DNA of 64,000 nucleotides, from NCBI RefSeq assembly GCF_009914755.1, contig NC_060930.1; one strand, given 5' to 3'. The notes beneath the pieces were generated by a model. The model worked only from the letters and a program-made list of their open reading frames with translations, did no database searches and was not told the DNA's origin. Position numbers and translations under genes: made by a program. Source of the DNA: the human T2T-CHM13v2.0 reference genome, Homo sapiens. How positions within the stretch are numbered: the stretch's first letter is position 1; the number at the start of each line of letters is the position of its first letter. This document shows, piece by piece, positions 1 through 13,482 of this stretch.

Positions 1-1095
1 TTTATTGTTTTAATAAATTCCCATAAGTTAACACCTCCTAGGGTGGATTAGAATCATTCAAATCCACATTGATTGTTACTAAGTAGAAATTTTATACTGA
101 GCCTTTCTAAATCCTTACAACAACGTGACGAGGATATTATAGTTGCTTTAACCCAAGGAGATGAAATTCAAACTGGTGGCATTGCACACTTACAGTGGGC
201 TTGCAGGATGAAAGAGAGCTTGGTATCTCGATCCCTTATACAAAACAGGTGGGTCTTGTTAGAAAAATTCTTCAATAATTGTTAAGGTTAAAATTTTGAA
301 AAGTGGTTCAAAGAAATTTGCTTTGATGCAAATATTGTCTAGTCAGTTACATAACTTGAGCTATAATGACAGTGTACACTAGCTATCCAGGGCACAACAT
401 CTCTATTGTGCTGTTGAATATACTGCTCAACCATTCTGGAAAATGGCATGTTCATGTATGAATGACAATGTATCTTGTGTGTATGGCATTCCAAGCCAAC
501 ATGTTGGTCCCTGCAAGTAAACTTCTTGACTGTCAAGAGGCTGCCTGTTTAATATTTGCATGATCTAAACTAATTGTTTCCTTTGTTTTTTTCCTCTGCT
601 TTATGAGCTGGTAGTTTGACCTTTTGGCTTTTCCCCTGAGAGTTAACAAAAGTTAGACAGTTGGGGGGTGAACTTAAGTAAAATCCATATCACTCTATGT
701 TGCTGCTCTACTAACAATTCAAGAAAATGTCTTGGTAGAAAGCAAGGAATGAGTTTTAAATTTTCTCTTTGAATTTCAATTATCCATGCCACTCCTGTGG
801 TCCACCATTCTATATAATTAAGAATAAGCTGTATGTTCCATAGTGACACAGGCTGTTGTTTCTGATTTGCAGTTTTCACTTAACCTAGGGTAAAATTGAA
901 ATAGAAGTCGCATCCTTTTTTTTTTACCTTCTTCCACTCAATTCTAGTTAGATATTTTTGAACTTCTATAAAATGTCTATGCAATATTATCACCAATAAT
1001 GTGCAAAATTACTACTCCCATGTAGAAGAGGATCCATTCTTCATTGAACCATACCCTTGGGATCCTATCACATGCAGTTGGCCATATAATATTTT

Positions 1096-1262
1096 ATATT
1101 ATTGTTTTTTTGTTTTGTTTGTTAAGTTTGTACCTACATAATGGATTAAATTCAAAATCTCTGTTTAACTGAAACAAAATCTGTTTAACTGAAACAAAAA
1201 AACAAAATCTCTGTTTTTTGTTTGTACAAAACAAAAAACAATAATATTTTTGTTTTGTTTGT
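1096..1262. repeat. Complex templated insertion: 56-nt exact copy of 3586-3641 plus 20-nt tandem and inverted pieces
   Basis: 1119-1174 is identical to 3586-3641; ctgtttaactgaaacaaaa occurs twice at 1161-1199; 1227-1247 is a near reverse complement of 1096-1117. Confidence 0.9.
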
Positions 1263-1313
1263 ATACTTCATAGGGACTTTGGAATTTGGAAAATATCGTT
1301 CATTTAGGGTATA

Positions 1314-1674
1314 TATATTAGTCCATTTTCATACTGCTATAAAGAAATACTTGAGACTGGGTAATTTATAAAGAAAAATAGGCTTAATGAACTCACAGTT
1401 CCACATGGCTGGGGAGGCCTCACAGTCATGGCAGAAGGTGAAGGGGAAGCAAAGGCATGTCTTATATGGCAGCAGGCAAGAGAGTATATGCAAGGGAACT
1501 GCCCTGTATGAAACCATCAGATCTCATGAGACTTATTTACTATCATGAGAACAGCACAGGAAAAACCTGCCCCCATGATTCAGTTACCTCCCACTGAGTC
1601 CCTCCCACATGTGGGGATTATGGGAACTACAATTCAAGATGAGATTTGGATGGGGACACAGCCAAACCATATCA
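1314..1674 (-). mobile_element. THE1-family (ERVL-MaLR) solo LTR
   Basis: Ends ...ggggacacagccaaaccatatca (reverse complement of the THE1 5' end); 5-bp TSD gtata/gtaca. Confidence 0.92.
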
Positions 1675-2904
1675 GTACATTAAAGAAAATATTTGTTAGC
1701 GCTAAGTGAATCTACTTTCACCTACTTGATTATTTGATGATTTTATAAATAGTCATCTCTTTCCTCATCTTTCCAGTCGTATTTTGTTGTTCCAAAGCCA
1801 AAACCTGTGTGTCTTGTATTCAACAACCTGAATCATACAGTTGTGAGACGTAAATGGGAGTGGTGGTTCCACTTACTTCTTTACATAGTACTACAACTAA
1901 GCCATCTAAGTAGTCTGCTCCTAAATTCCTCCAAGAAGGGAAATATCATGATTTGATTTAAATGTGACATCCTTTCTTAGAGAAGTTTTCTTTGTCTCCT
2001 TCTTCCCCAGTCACTTCCTCCCATCCACTGTGCTTTCGGCAGTTCATTCGTTCATTAATTCATTCAACGAATATTGAATAACTTTTGATCAATGTCTTCC
2101 TCCCTCCAAGCTGAAAACTTGATGGAGGGTAACATGATCTGTCTTTGTTTACCACTGCATCTTCCGTGAATATACATTGTAAGTATTGAACGGATTTTTA
2201 CTAAATGAACAAATACTTTGATAAAATATTTTTGATTACTGCCAATATCAGTTTCTGAATTGATTCTAAAATTCTTCTGCTGGAAAGTAGATTAGCGTTA
2301 GTGTGACTGCTGAAGCCTTTTAAAGTGGGTGGTAATACTACGTTTCGTTTTGTTTCATTAACCTAAGTGCTGTTCTTTGGAATCTTTTTAAAGTAAGATA
2401 AATTACATTCATGAAAGAAGCATATTATTTTTAAAGTACTTTATTTTGGAAAGGTAAAATGCTTGTGTAGTTATAATTTGGTTACTCTTGATTTCACCTT
2501 AGGAAAAACAATATCACCTTCTAACCATTTCTTTTTTAGTCAAATCTCTTGCTTCTATTTCTCTCTGTAGATCCGCTATTAAAGACTGTAATCACTGCTG
2601 CATCTTTCCTGTAAGGCTTGATCGCATTGTTAATTTCTTTCTAAACTTGTAGAGTAGGTGTATAAATCGTATTTGGGTAATACACTGACTAATACTGAAG
2701 AACCAGGCATTTTCTTACCCCAGTCCTCACACGAAGTAGGGAAATACAAGTCAGAACTTATCTTCTCAAAACTCTGACCTCAGAATTTCCTGAGAAATCT
2801 GAACCTAAAAAGATTCTTTGCTTTTGACATTTTTTCTCTGGTGTCCACCGCAAGGCTCTTGCTCTTACATTTTTTTTTTTTTTCTAATGTTTCAAATAGA
2901 AGAT

Positions 2905-3450
2905 GGTAGAGTCATATAGTACAAGCTCAGCATCGGAGGGGCTACTGGAGGTCAACTAGTGCAAATGCTTTCTGAATAATGGAATCCTTTGGGAATACCC
3001 CCTTGAAAGTCTTCATCTAGCCTGTTCTTGGAAACCCTCAGTGATACCCCTCATCGTCTCCTATGATGGCAGCTTCTATCTTTGTCGTCAGCTCTGACTA
3101 TTACAAACTGCTTCCTTACATTGAGCTGTAACTAACTAAAAAGTTTCCACACCCTGCTTCTATTTTAGCCTTTGGGCTCATAAAGAACAAGTTGAACCCG
3201 TCTTATGCAGAACAACCCATCTACGGGAGATGCTCAGGTTTCCTCCATGTTTTCCTTTCTCTAGGCTAACCCTTCGTTGTTCCTCACTTACTCACTATAT
3301 AACCTGATTTCATGTCTCCTTACCCTTCTTGTTACTCTAACTTGAGTAGGCTAGTTTCAGGATCCAGCAATAAGTGTGATACATCAGGTATGCTCTGATG
3401 AGTTGAGAGTAGAGTGGACATAGCATCTCCCTTAATTCAGATATTGTGAT
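2905..3450 (-). mobile_element. Ancient CR1/L3-like (or MIR3-associated) LINE fragment
   Basis: Degenerate motifs resembling the L3 3' region; low similarity, judged by eye. Confidence 0.4.
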
Positions 3451-3551
3451 CTAATTGGCAAATCTGGCAATAAAAGTTGAAATGCCTGATCCAGGACAAT
3501 GGCTGGTCAGGTGCCATTGTTCTCATCTTTTACTTTTAGGTGTCCCTCAGT

Positions 3552-3610
3552 TTGTTAAGTTAGTACCTACGTAATGTCCTGAAACTTGTTAAGTTTGTAC
3601 CTACATAATG
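3552..3610. repeat. Short tandem duplication, 25 nt x2, period 34
   Basis: ttgttaagttagtacctacgtaatg versus ttgttaagtttgtacctacataatg (2 mismatches). Confidence 0.85.
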
Positions 3611-4423
3611 GATTAAATTCAAAATCTCTGTTTAACTGAAAACAAAAGCAAACTTCTTTTCAGAGCCAGAATCTGGAATCATACGTAACAGAGAATGATA
3701 TTGTACAAGTTGCTTCATCTCTTTAAGTAACGGTTTCTCAAACTTACAAGATTATTGTGAGAACTAAATTAGTTCTAAAGTGCTTCCATGTAAAGTGTAT
3801 GTAAATGCTTAAAATATATAGTAAGTGCTGAATGCATATTAGAAATAATAATAATCTTTATTATAATTTTTACTATTTCATGAGAAGTACTTATTTTAAT
3901 ACTGAGCAAATAGGAAGAGTTCATGGCTTCTCTATGTTTTTGAAGTGTCATTTAATATATTATATATATAAAACATATATATATTTCAGTCACACATTTG
4001 TCCAAATACCTTGACAAATTAAAACAAAATAAGACAAAATTCTCACGCTAGTTATTTGTTATAAAGTAATAGAACAAGTGATATGTTATAAAGAGCATTT
4101 ATTTCTCATGTCTTTGATATTAAAAATAGTTGTATTAACTTTTTATCAAAACGATTGCTTCCTTCATATAAATCTAAGAATTATGCTGTCTGATAAATAT
4201 TGGAGAGATTAACTTCTTTGAAAATATAGAAGCTTTTTGTCTTTTTAAAATAGTTGTTTTTTTGCAGATGTTAATACATTTCAGCAGTACAGTATGGCCT
4301 TTTTCAGGTTAAGGTGCTGAGCCCAAACCTCAAAGAATCACTGCAAAAAGATTGGATCCCCCCTCTTCACCCCATTTCGTAATTTAGTTAGTGAGAACCA
4401 CAACTGGCTAAACCTTTGTGGGG

Positions 4424-4741
4424 GGCCGGGCACTGTGGCTCATGCCTATAATCCCAGCACTTTGGGAGGCCGAGGCAGGCAGATCACAAGGTCAGGAAAT
4501 CGAGACCATCCTGGCTAACACGGCGAAACCCCGTCTCTACTAAAAATACAAAAAATTAGCCGGGCATGGTGGCAGGTGCCTGTAGTCCCAGCTACTCAGG
4601 AGGCTGAGGCAGGAGAATGGCGTGAACCTGGGAGGCGGGGCTTGCAGTGGGCCGAGATCCCGCCACTGCACTCCAGCCTGGGTGACACAGCGAGACTCCA
4701 TCTTAAAAAAAAAACAAACAAAAACAAAAACAAAAAAAAAA
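4424..4741 (+). mobile_element. AluY
   Basis: Full dimer with AluY diagnostics (accatcctggctaacac, gaatggcgtgaacc, gcttgcagtg), A-rich tail, TSD ~acctttg(t)gggg. Confidence 0.95.
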
Positions 4742-5244
4742 CCACCTTTGGGGGGAAATTATCAAATAAAACAAACTCTTTTTAGAATTTTACAACTTTT
4801 ATGTTAGGAAAAAACAAATACATTTGTGAAAAGCTTAAAATCCAGTAAATGACTTGAGGGACTTGGGGCAATCCTAGGGTGATGAGGAGCAGGTTAGTAA
4901 CAGTGAAGGACTTAGCACCCCAGGGGGCCAGAGGCTGTAATATACCTTATGAGCAAGTCATTCTTATTTAGTCTTGCCCATTAAGAAGTCTACTTGGACT
5001 AAATGCTTTTAAAAATGCCCTTTTAATTTACTATTAAAAGAATATTCCTAGCAGAAGTAGTCTTGGATGCTAAATTCTATTTTAAGAATAACTAAAATTA
5101 GAATTCTGTTCTTTTTATAACACCTGTTACACACACACCCCTACCTAGTGTGTCGGAATCAGTTTGTATGGGCTCACCAAAGCCTACTGTTCAATTTTCA
5201 GGAGTTTTGTAAGCCATTTGATGTCAGACAAGTGGCCTGAAGTT

Positions 5245-5315
5245 TGTTATGGTGGTGGTATTTACACCATGAAAATTGGCATGTTATGGTGGTAGTATTT
5301 ACACCATGAAAACTG
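5245..5315. repeat. 37-nt tandem duplication inside a probable hAT-type DNA-transposon fossil (~5146-5382)
   Basis: tgttatggtggt(g/a)gtatttacaccatgaaaa occurs twice; each unit carries an atggtg...caccat hairpin. Confidence 0.75.
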
Positions 5316-5465
5316 CTACAAATAGAAATCTTTTTCTTCTTCTCTTGGAGAGCCACTTGTTGAACACTTACCAGCTCACCTGTGCTTGAAAGTATTTCTT
5401 CAAATAAAATGAAAGCTGGTTAGCTTTGAAAATTTTTTGTATAAAAGTTTACACGGGAAAAAAAT

Positions 5466-5857
<392 letters not shown>

Positions 5858-6259
5858 TAAGAGTCAATAGCTTTTCAAGAACTTGTTGTGATGTCATGGG
5901 AGAAATAGTGGGGGAAAAAGAAGCAATAACATGTTATGTAATTGGTTTCAAGGTTACAGGAGATGTGTTCATTTTCAGTATCAATACACTGTAATTTTCC
6001 AGGAGATTAGGAAATAATATTTTTAAATCAGAATCTAGAAGACTGAAATTCTTAAATTGACATAATTTATTTTTAACCCATCTCATTTACCAAAAAGATT
6101 TAGGGTGGACACTACATGGTAAAACTATTTAATAGTGTATGTTCACAGTAGCAGAAACTTTTAACACTAAATGAACTACAAAAGTTTGTAATATTAATGA
6201 CCTTTGTTGAAAACATCTCAATTATTAATCAAACGATTTTATCTTAAAAAGATTTTTAA

Positions 6260-6561
6260 GATTCGGTGTGGTGGCTCGTGCCTGTAATCCTAGCACTTTT
6301 TGGGGCTGAGGTGGGAGGATTGCTTGAGCCCAGGAGCTTGAGGCCATCCGGGGCAACGTGGCGAAACCCTGTCTCTACAACAAATTTTTAAAAATTAGCT
6401 GGATGCAGTGGCACACACCTGTGGTCCCAGTTATGGGGGAGGCCGAGGTGAGAGGATGGCTTGAGTCCAGGAGGTCAAAGCTACAGTGAACCATGTTTGT
6501 GTGGAGTGCCACTGCACTCCAGCCCAGGTGACAGAGCAAGACCGTGTCATAAAAAATAAAC
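6260..6561 (+). mobile_element. AluJ
   Basis: Diverged dimer with ggaggattgcttgagcccaggag J-type diagnostics. Confidence 0.9.
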
Positions 6562-8361
6562 CACACACAAAAAGAGAAAGATCTTTATGGATTAAAAAGA
6601 TAATAATAAGTGTATTTACTGAATGCCAATTATTTATCCAACCTGGTGTATGCTTAGTATTTTAGGAGAAAGAGAAAGGCAATGGAAAAATAAATTAAGG
6701 TATCATCCCTGAAAGAAACTTTTAGAAAGACACAGTGGCTGAAGTGATACCTTGTTCCTTCAGTTGATTCTCTCAGAACTGGTGTTCTGGTAAAATTGGA
6801 CTGTTACTCCTGTTATTCAGGGAGAAGAACTCAAGTTTGTATGGCAACAAGACTAGAAAATGACTTTCTCCCTGCCCCAGTGTATTCGTTCAGGAGCTAA
6901 TGTAGATAAACCGAGGCAAGAAGAAGCTAAATTTTTTTTCTGGGCTTATAGGTTAAATGAGTGATAGATTTAGTTGGAGGTTTTCTCATTTGGTTTCTTT
7001 TAATAGATGAAATTAATTGTTTCCTATGAAGCATGAAATGTTTTATATGAAACTAAAAAAATGTGGAGTTTGTACTTGCATTTCAAGGGTCACTGCTCTG
7101 TTATAGGCCAAGTGAACTTATGTCTGGCCTTAGAGAATCTTACATGTATTTGCATCTATCAGTATATAAACATGTGGGCCGTAGAATAAGGAGCCAGCAG
7201 TACCAGAACCCAGCCTTGTTAGAGGCCACCATTTTGGTGGTTGAGTGGTTATTAGTTTACATGGAAGCATGGAGAATAATAGGCAAATGTAGGTTTTCAG
7301 TGTCAGTCGAACTGGCAAACAAAAATTTCTGGTCATCTTCAGAATGAAAAGTTTTCTTGAGTACCTACATATTTTAGCATTTTCATATGAAGCAGATACA
7401 TTATAAGTTAATTGTTGGAATCTAATTGTAATATGGCTGTAAGTTTTTTCTTTATATTTGTTATTGCCTTGTTCTTATATTATAGGGAAAGAGAAACAAA
7501 CAAACAAGCAAAGAAACTAATGGTCATATATTTGAGAGCCAACTCTTGGTTGCTGTTCAGTTTTATTTTCCTGTAAACATATATTTTCCCTTATGAAATC
7601 TTGGGAATATTAGCTCTGGAGCACTGCTGAACTCAAGTACAGACATTTTCATGTGTATCAGTAGATTCCCATCATGACATTTTTATAATAATGTTGAAGA
7701 GCATTTTAAACAACTGGAATTAAGCTCAAATACATTACCAGTGGTTGAAGAATTCACATCAATAATCTTCTGAATTTAGGAATAAAATGGAGAAGTCAAG
7801 GAAAGGAAAATATTATACACAGGCTAGCAATAGTTAAAATACAATTATTAAAGCCAGAGCTAGACAAAATTATGGCAATGAGATGTGTAACAAAACCACT
7901 CTGTAACTTCATCATGTTCGTTTAAAAGACCTGAATGATTCCAAAATCCTTAGACCAATAAACTATGTCTTCTTACTTGATAATTAAAAAAAAGAATTAT
8001 AAAGGCAAAAATGAAATTATATGTATGTGTGTTTGTGTGTGTTCCATGGGAATACAGCTGTTGTAAATCAAAGGCCTACTTGCCTGACCAAGCAGAATAA
8101 AAATAGTCATTGATTTTAAAGAGACTAAAAGTGAGGGAAGAAAAAAGTCTTCTGCAAAAGCTCTACAGATGGTTGTCAAACTTTTCAGAAAAATAGACAA
8201 AGCAACATTTTGAAAAGGATTTATATCTTTTATATATTCAAATACCATCTGTTATTTAAAAAACATAGCCCACACTGAATATCTGATATAGACAATATAA
8301 CGTTTATGAGATAATAGTTTGAGAATGACAATAATAATAGTAAGTTTTAAAAGAGGAAATA

Positions 8362-8727
<366 letters not shown>

Positions 8728-11238
8728 CTATATGATACAAAAACCCTCATGAAACATTTGGATAATCCTCAGAATACCTATCAATATAACAAAAACTATG
8801 AATTGACTTCATTTTGAATGATGAATTTTTAACAAAAATAGTCAATACTTTGGGCTTAGTAGCTCTAGAAGTGCTTCTTTCTTCTTTCTTTTAATTAACA
8901 GAATATTGTCAGAATTTTCAAATGTTGATGATTATAAGTTGAATTTTCCTTTTCATTAACCCCTGGGGCTTATTTTTTGACTTGATATGTTTCTCTACTC
9001 AGAATTAAGATGTGAAGAGCTTTGGGATAGAATGCATCATACAAGTGTGAGAGTCAAGTTCCAATCCATAAAGTACTTCTGGTAGACCTGGATAAAGATG
9101 ACCTTAAGAAATGATTTTTTTTCTCTTTGCAGTTTAAAAACAACAGTAGCAACAAGAATGATAAAACCTATGAAGCCAGCTCTGACAAAAGATGTTTTTT
9201 TATAACACATACTATGTATCTACTTTTTGATATTTATCTATCGAGAAGACTTTTCTCCTTATTGTTTGCTCTGAAATTTGTTTATATTTAATAGGAATTT
9301 TATAGCCTTATCCCTGGGTAGAAATTCAGTTTTTTTAAAAGTAGATAATTAAATCTTAATTTACTATTATTTTACACATGGTGAAACTAGTCAATAAATG
9401 TAATATCATTGAGCTGAAGGTTAAAAAGGAAAAAATATGACTGCAAGAGTGGTTGTATTTTTGATTTCAGCATCACACTCAATTGCATCATTGAGTGGTT
9501 CATTCTTAGTTTCAGTGTTAATGAAATACATCTGAGTTTTTTTCCCCAGAAGCTTGAATTGTGTCACCAAAGTGTCATTTTGATTTATTGAAAGTTAAGC
9601 CCTTTCCAAAATTCACCATAATTTTACATGTCTCGAAAGCAATTTTATACTTCAAGTCTGTGCTATAGTTCTATATATTTTATGAAGATTTGGATAGATA
9701 TCTAGCCCTGAGTTTTTTATTGCCTGTTAAATACTTATAACCCAAAGTGTAGCAGCCTCATGAACTGCTGCTGGGCACAGATCTGGGAGAGTGCACTCAG
9801 AGTGTTGGCCCAGGAAGAGGAAAAGAGGAAAAGGGGCAGTTCAGTGGCAGCTTGGCTTCCTGTGAAACATGTCACCTTAACCACTTCCTCATTCTTTTAG
9901 TGGCAAACTAGACGACCTTCTCCTTCCCCTTTCCTGCCGAGTCCCCCTCTAATCAACACTCTAGAAGGCCCCTCTTCCTCCTCAGTCCTGACTCCCTGTC
10001 ATTTACTTCAGGTTGCCTCCTTGCTCAGTTTTGGCCCCAGGGGTAGGCAATCTCCTCTTTCTGGACATGTCTCCCACCAGCCCCAAGTTCAGATTTCTTG
10101 GAAGTTTCTGTGTTGTCTCGAGGATGCATGGTTGTGTGAGTTATTCCAGGGCTCAAGGCCTCTTCTGTGTCTGTATTCCCCAGGAATCCAGGAATTCACT
10201 TCTCTGCCTCTCATCCTCATCCTCATCATTAAAATGAGCAGATTTGAGCTCAGGAAGTGCTTGAATAAATGAATAAATGAACAAATGAAAGGTGATTTTT
10301 GAAAGTCTTAATTTTAAGAAGTCTCTGAGCCCTGTTACAGCTCAATTTTCCCATAAACTAGAACTGCTCTCTAAGGCTGTGACATTTCTCCTTTTTCCTC
10401 TCCTCAAAATCTACCTGCTGTTCTGATATCTCCCTGACAGCCACCATAGTGAGATTCTATTTCCATTTCCAATCTCTCTTTTGTAAGGGACAGAGAAACA
10501 GCTAGAGAAATATGGAGCCATGCGCTCTGAGGACTTTAGCAGGCTTCAACTCTATCTGCAAGTGAGTTTCACTTAGCGAATGAAATTGGAAACTTAAAGT
10601 GGGTAGGGATGAGGGTTCCCGGAGAAGGTGTAATACCTCAGTCTGGGAATTGGGAGCATCTACAAGGAACACACTCAATTCTGGGAGGTTCCTGTAGATT
10701 TCAGAGATTTAGCAGGGCTTCCCAGCACTCTGCTTCCCAACCTGTCATTGGACCAGTAAACCCTGCTCTCAAACTGTTGTGGTGTCCAGCATGCTTTGGC
10801 AAGGTAATGAAAGATAACATGACATGGACATATGGGTGACATCCTGGAGAGATGACAGAAGTCTCTGTTTAAGGACAAGATTTGCCATTTAGATTTTGCA
10901 CCCACTGTATAATAAGAGCCTTAGGATTGGGCTGGAATCGCCCTAGCAGGCATGATGGCAGCCCCTCTGGACTGGCAATATGCAGCTTTTTTGCAAGTGT
11001 TCCATGTCCAAGTCACCCCACCCAGCTTTCTACTGCTCCCGTGGAAGCTCTGGTGAAACGCAAGGAAAGCAGCTGCTGTTGACTGGATTTTTCTTTCACA
11101 TGAAACTTTGAAGCCTCATAGATGCTTATTGGCCTGGATGCTATTAAACCTTTAAAAATCCCTTTCTCATCTTGAGAGTATTTGAGAAACATGTCTGGGG
11201 CATTTTGCCCACCCTCCTCCAGGTTCTGTGTCAGTGAG

Positions 11239-11580
11239 TGATATGGTTTGCCTGTGTCCCCACCCAAATTTCATCTTGAATTCCCATCTGTTGTAGGAGA
11301 GACCCATGGCAGGTAGTTGAATCATGGGAGCAGGTCTTTCCCATGTTCCTGTGATAGTGAGTAAGTCTCAAGAGATCTGATGGTGTTAAAAAGGGGAGTT
11401 TTTCTGCACAAGCTCTTCTTCTCTTGTCTGCCACCATGTGAGATGTGCCTTCCACCTTCTGCCATGATTGTGAGGCCTCCCCAGCCACAATGGAACTGTA
11501 AGTCCATTAAGCCTCTTTCTTTTGTAAATTGCCTACTCTGGGATGTGTCTTTATGAGCAGTGTGAAAACAGACTAATACA
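11239..11580 (+). mobile_element. THE1-family solo LTR
   Basis: tgatatggtttg...gactaataca with perfect 5-bp TSD GTGAG. Confidence 0.95.
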
Positions 11581-11738
11581 GTGAGTCTGGGTCAGTGTGT
11601 GTTTATGTTGAACGTAGTGGACTTGTGGTGTCCCCAGGGCACCCTGTGGGGAATGTTGGCCTGTGGCTTTGCTACTTCCAGGGGGATTTGGCATGGAGAA
11701 TGTGTGTTTTAAGTAATAGATAGATTATGATTGAAGTG

Positions 11739-12193
11739 TGTTATGGGCTGAGTTGTCTCTCCTCAAAAAGACATGTTAAAGTCCTAACCCCCAGTATCTC
11801 AGAATCTGACCTTCTTTGGAAATAGTGCCTTTATATAGGTAATCAACTTCAAGTGAAGTCATTAGCACAAGCCCTAATCCAATAAGGACTGGCATTCTAA
11901 TGAAAGGGGAAATTTAGACATAGAAACAGACATGCACAGAAGAAGATGATATGAAGAGACACAGGAAGAGGACGGTCATGTGACTGGAGTGCTGGGTCTG
12001 CAAGCTGAGAAATGCCAAGGTTTACTGGCCAACATCGGAAACTAGAAGGGGCAAGAGTGGACTCTCCCCCTCAGAGAGAGTATGGCCTTGATTTCAGACT
12101 TCTAGCCTCCAGAACTGTGAGGCGTACATTTCTGTTGTTTTTGAAGCCACCTAGTTTTTGATACTTTGTATGGGAGCCCTAGGAATTAATACA
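11739..12193 (+). mobile_element. MLT1 (MLT1C-like) solo LTR
   Basis: tgttatgggctga...gacttctagcctccagaactgtgag...taataca with perfect TSD AAGTG. Confidence 0.9.
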
Positions 12194-13343
12194 AAGTGTA
12201 TTAAAAATAGAATTTTCTTCTATTGTATTTTTGAGGCAAAAGAAATAAGGAGCTATTGATTTAAGGAGGAAGGTTTGGCTCATCTAGTATAGACTTGGCT
12301 AATCATTTACTCTTGTATATTTCTCTTCTGCCTGCCCAAGTAGTTCACTGAACAGGCTTAGAAGTTGATTTATAATTGTAAGAGTTTACACATCAGAAGT
12401 TAATTTATAATTGTTAACAGTTTCATGCATCTACCTCATAAATACCTTGTAAAAGATTTTACCCTTCAGAATAATGTTTTCCTCTGGTACTTTAGTAGTT
12501 TATCCTTTTTTTGCATCTTTGATGCATTTGAATTCATCCTGGTATGCTGTGTGAGCTGGGGCTCCAATGTCGTTTTCCTACAGATGACTCCACAGTTGTT
12601 TCGGTTTCATTCGAACAGCCTCCTACAGAAGTATTTTTCAGACTTCTTTTATACTTGACTTCCAAGTTTACTACTGGTTAAGAGCTTTTAAAGTAGGGGG
12701 AAAGATATGACCCATTGGCCTACTCGTTTGATTATTTTTTCCAATTCTGAAATCAAAAATTAAAAAATTTATTCAAAGTTATAGTTTCACTTAATTTATA
12801 TTAACTGCATAGATAGTGTGATTCATCTGTCCTGCTTGGACATATTTAGTAACTTTTAATTAATCTTAGAGATAAAAGATAGAAATCTATGAGACTTGAG
12901 ACATTCAAATAAGACCAGTACTGATAAGAGGTAATCAGGTGAAGTGCCATTTGGTTGTAATAGGACATCAAAATTGTTCCCCAAGAGTGAAGGATGTTCC
13001 ATTCTCACTTTTCCCATCTGTCCTCCCAAATTCTTTCACTCTTCCTGATGCTTTGAACCAACTTGAAAAGTTAGTCCACTCAGAACCTCAGCTGTTAAAC
13101 TTTTAGCCTCTGCAAACAAACTAGCCGTTTTCCTCTTTGTCCCTTTACCATCAAGCTCAGTTGCTTCTCCTACTCCTCTCCCTTCTGCCAGGGGCTCCAC
13201 CCTTGTTCCTCATTCAACAGTGGAATCATCTGTGTGCCTGTCTCCTCTTTACTGTGTACCATTGGGTCCTCTTCTTCACCATCTCTAAATTTATGCTTCT
13301 TCCCTGTTCCACTGTCACCAGCTTGGTCTACATCCTACTTTGA

Positions 13344-13482
13344 TCATTTGGATTTAGGTCCCACCCTAATCGAGTATGACTTCATCTTAACTTGATTGCA
13401 TCTGCAAAGACCTGATTTCCAAATACGACCACAAGTAAAGGTTCAGGTGGACATGAATATTAGGAGAGACAGCACTTCAATT
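13344..13482 (-). mobile_element. MLT1 LTR fragment
   Basis: ggatttaggtcccaccctaatc...catctgcaaagacc...tttccaaata. Confidence 0.7.

Noticed and set aside
1119-3641. CRISPR-like or regularly spaced repeat array
   Set aside because: Only 2-3 irregular copies, no repeat-spacer periodicity, mammalian intron
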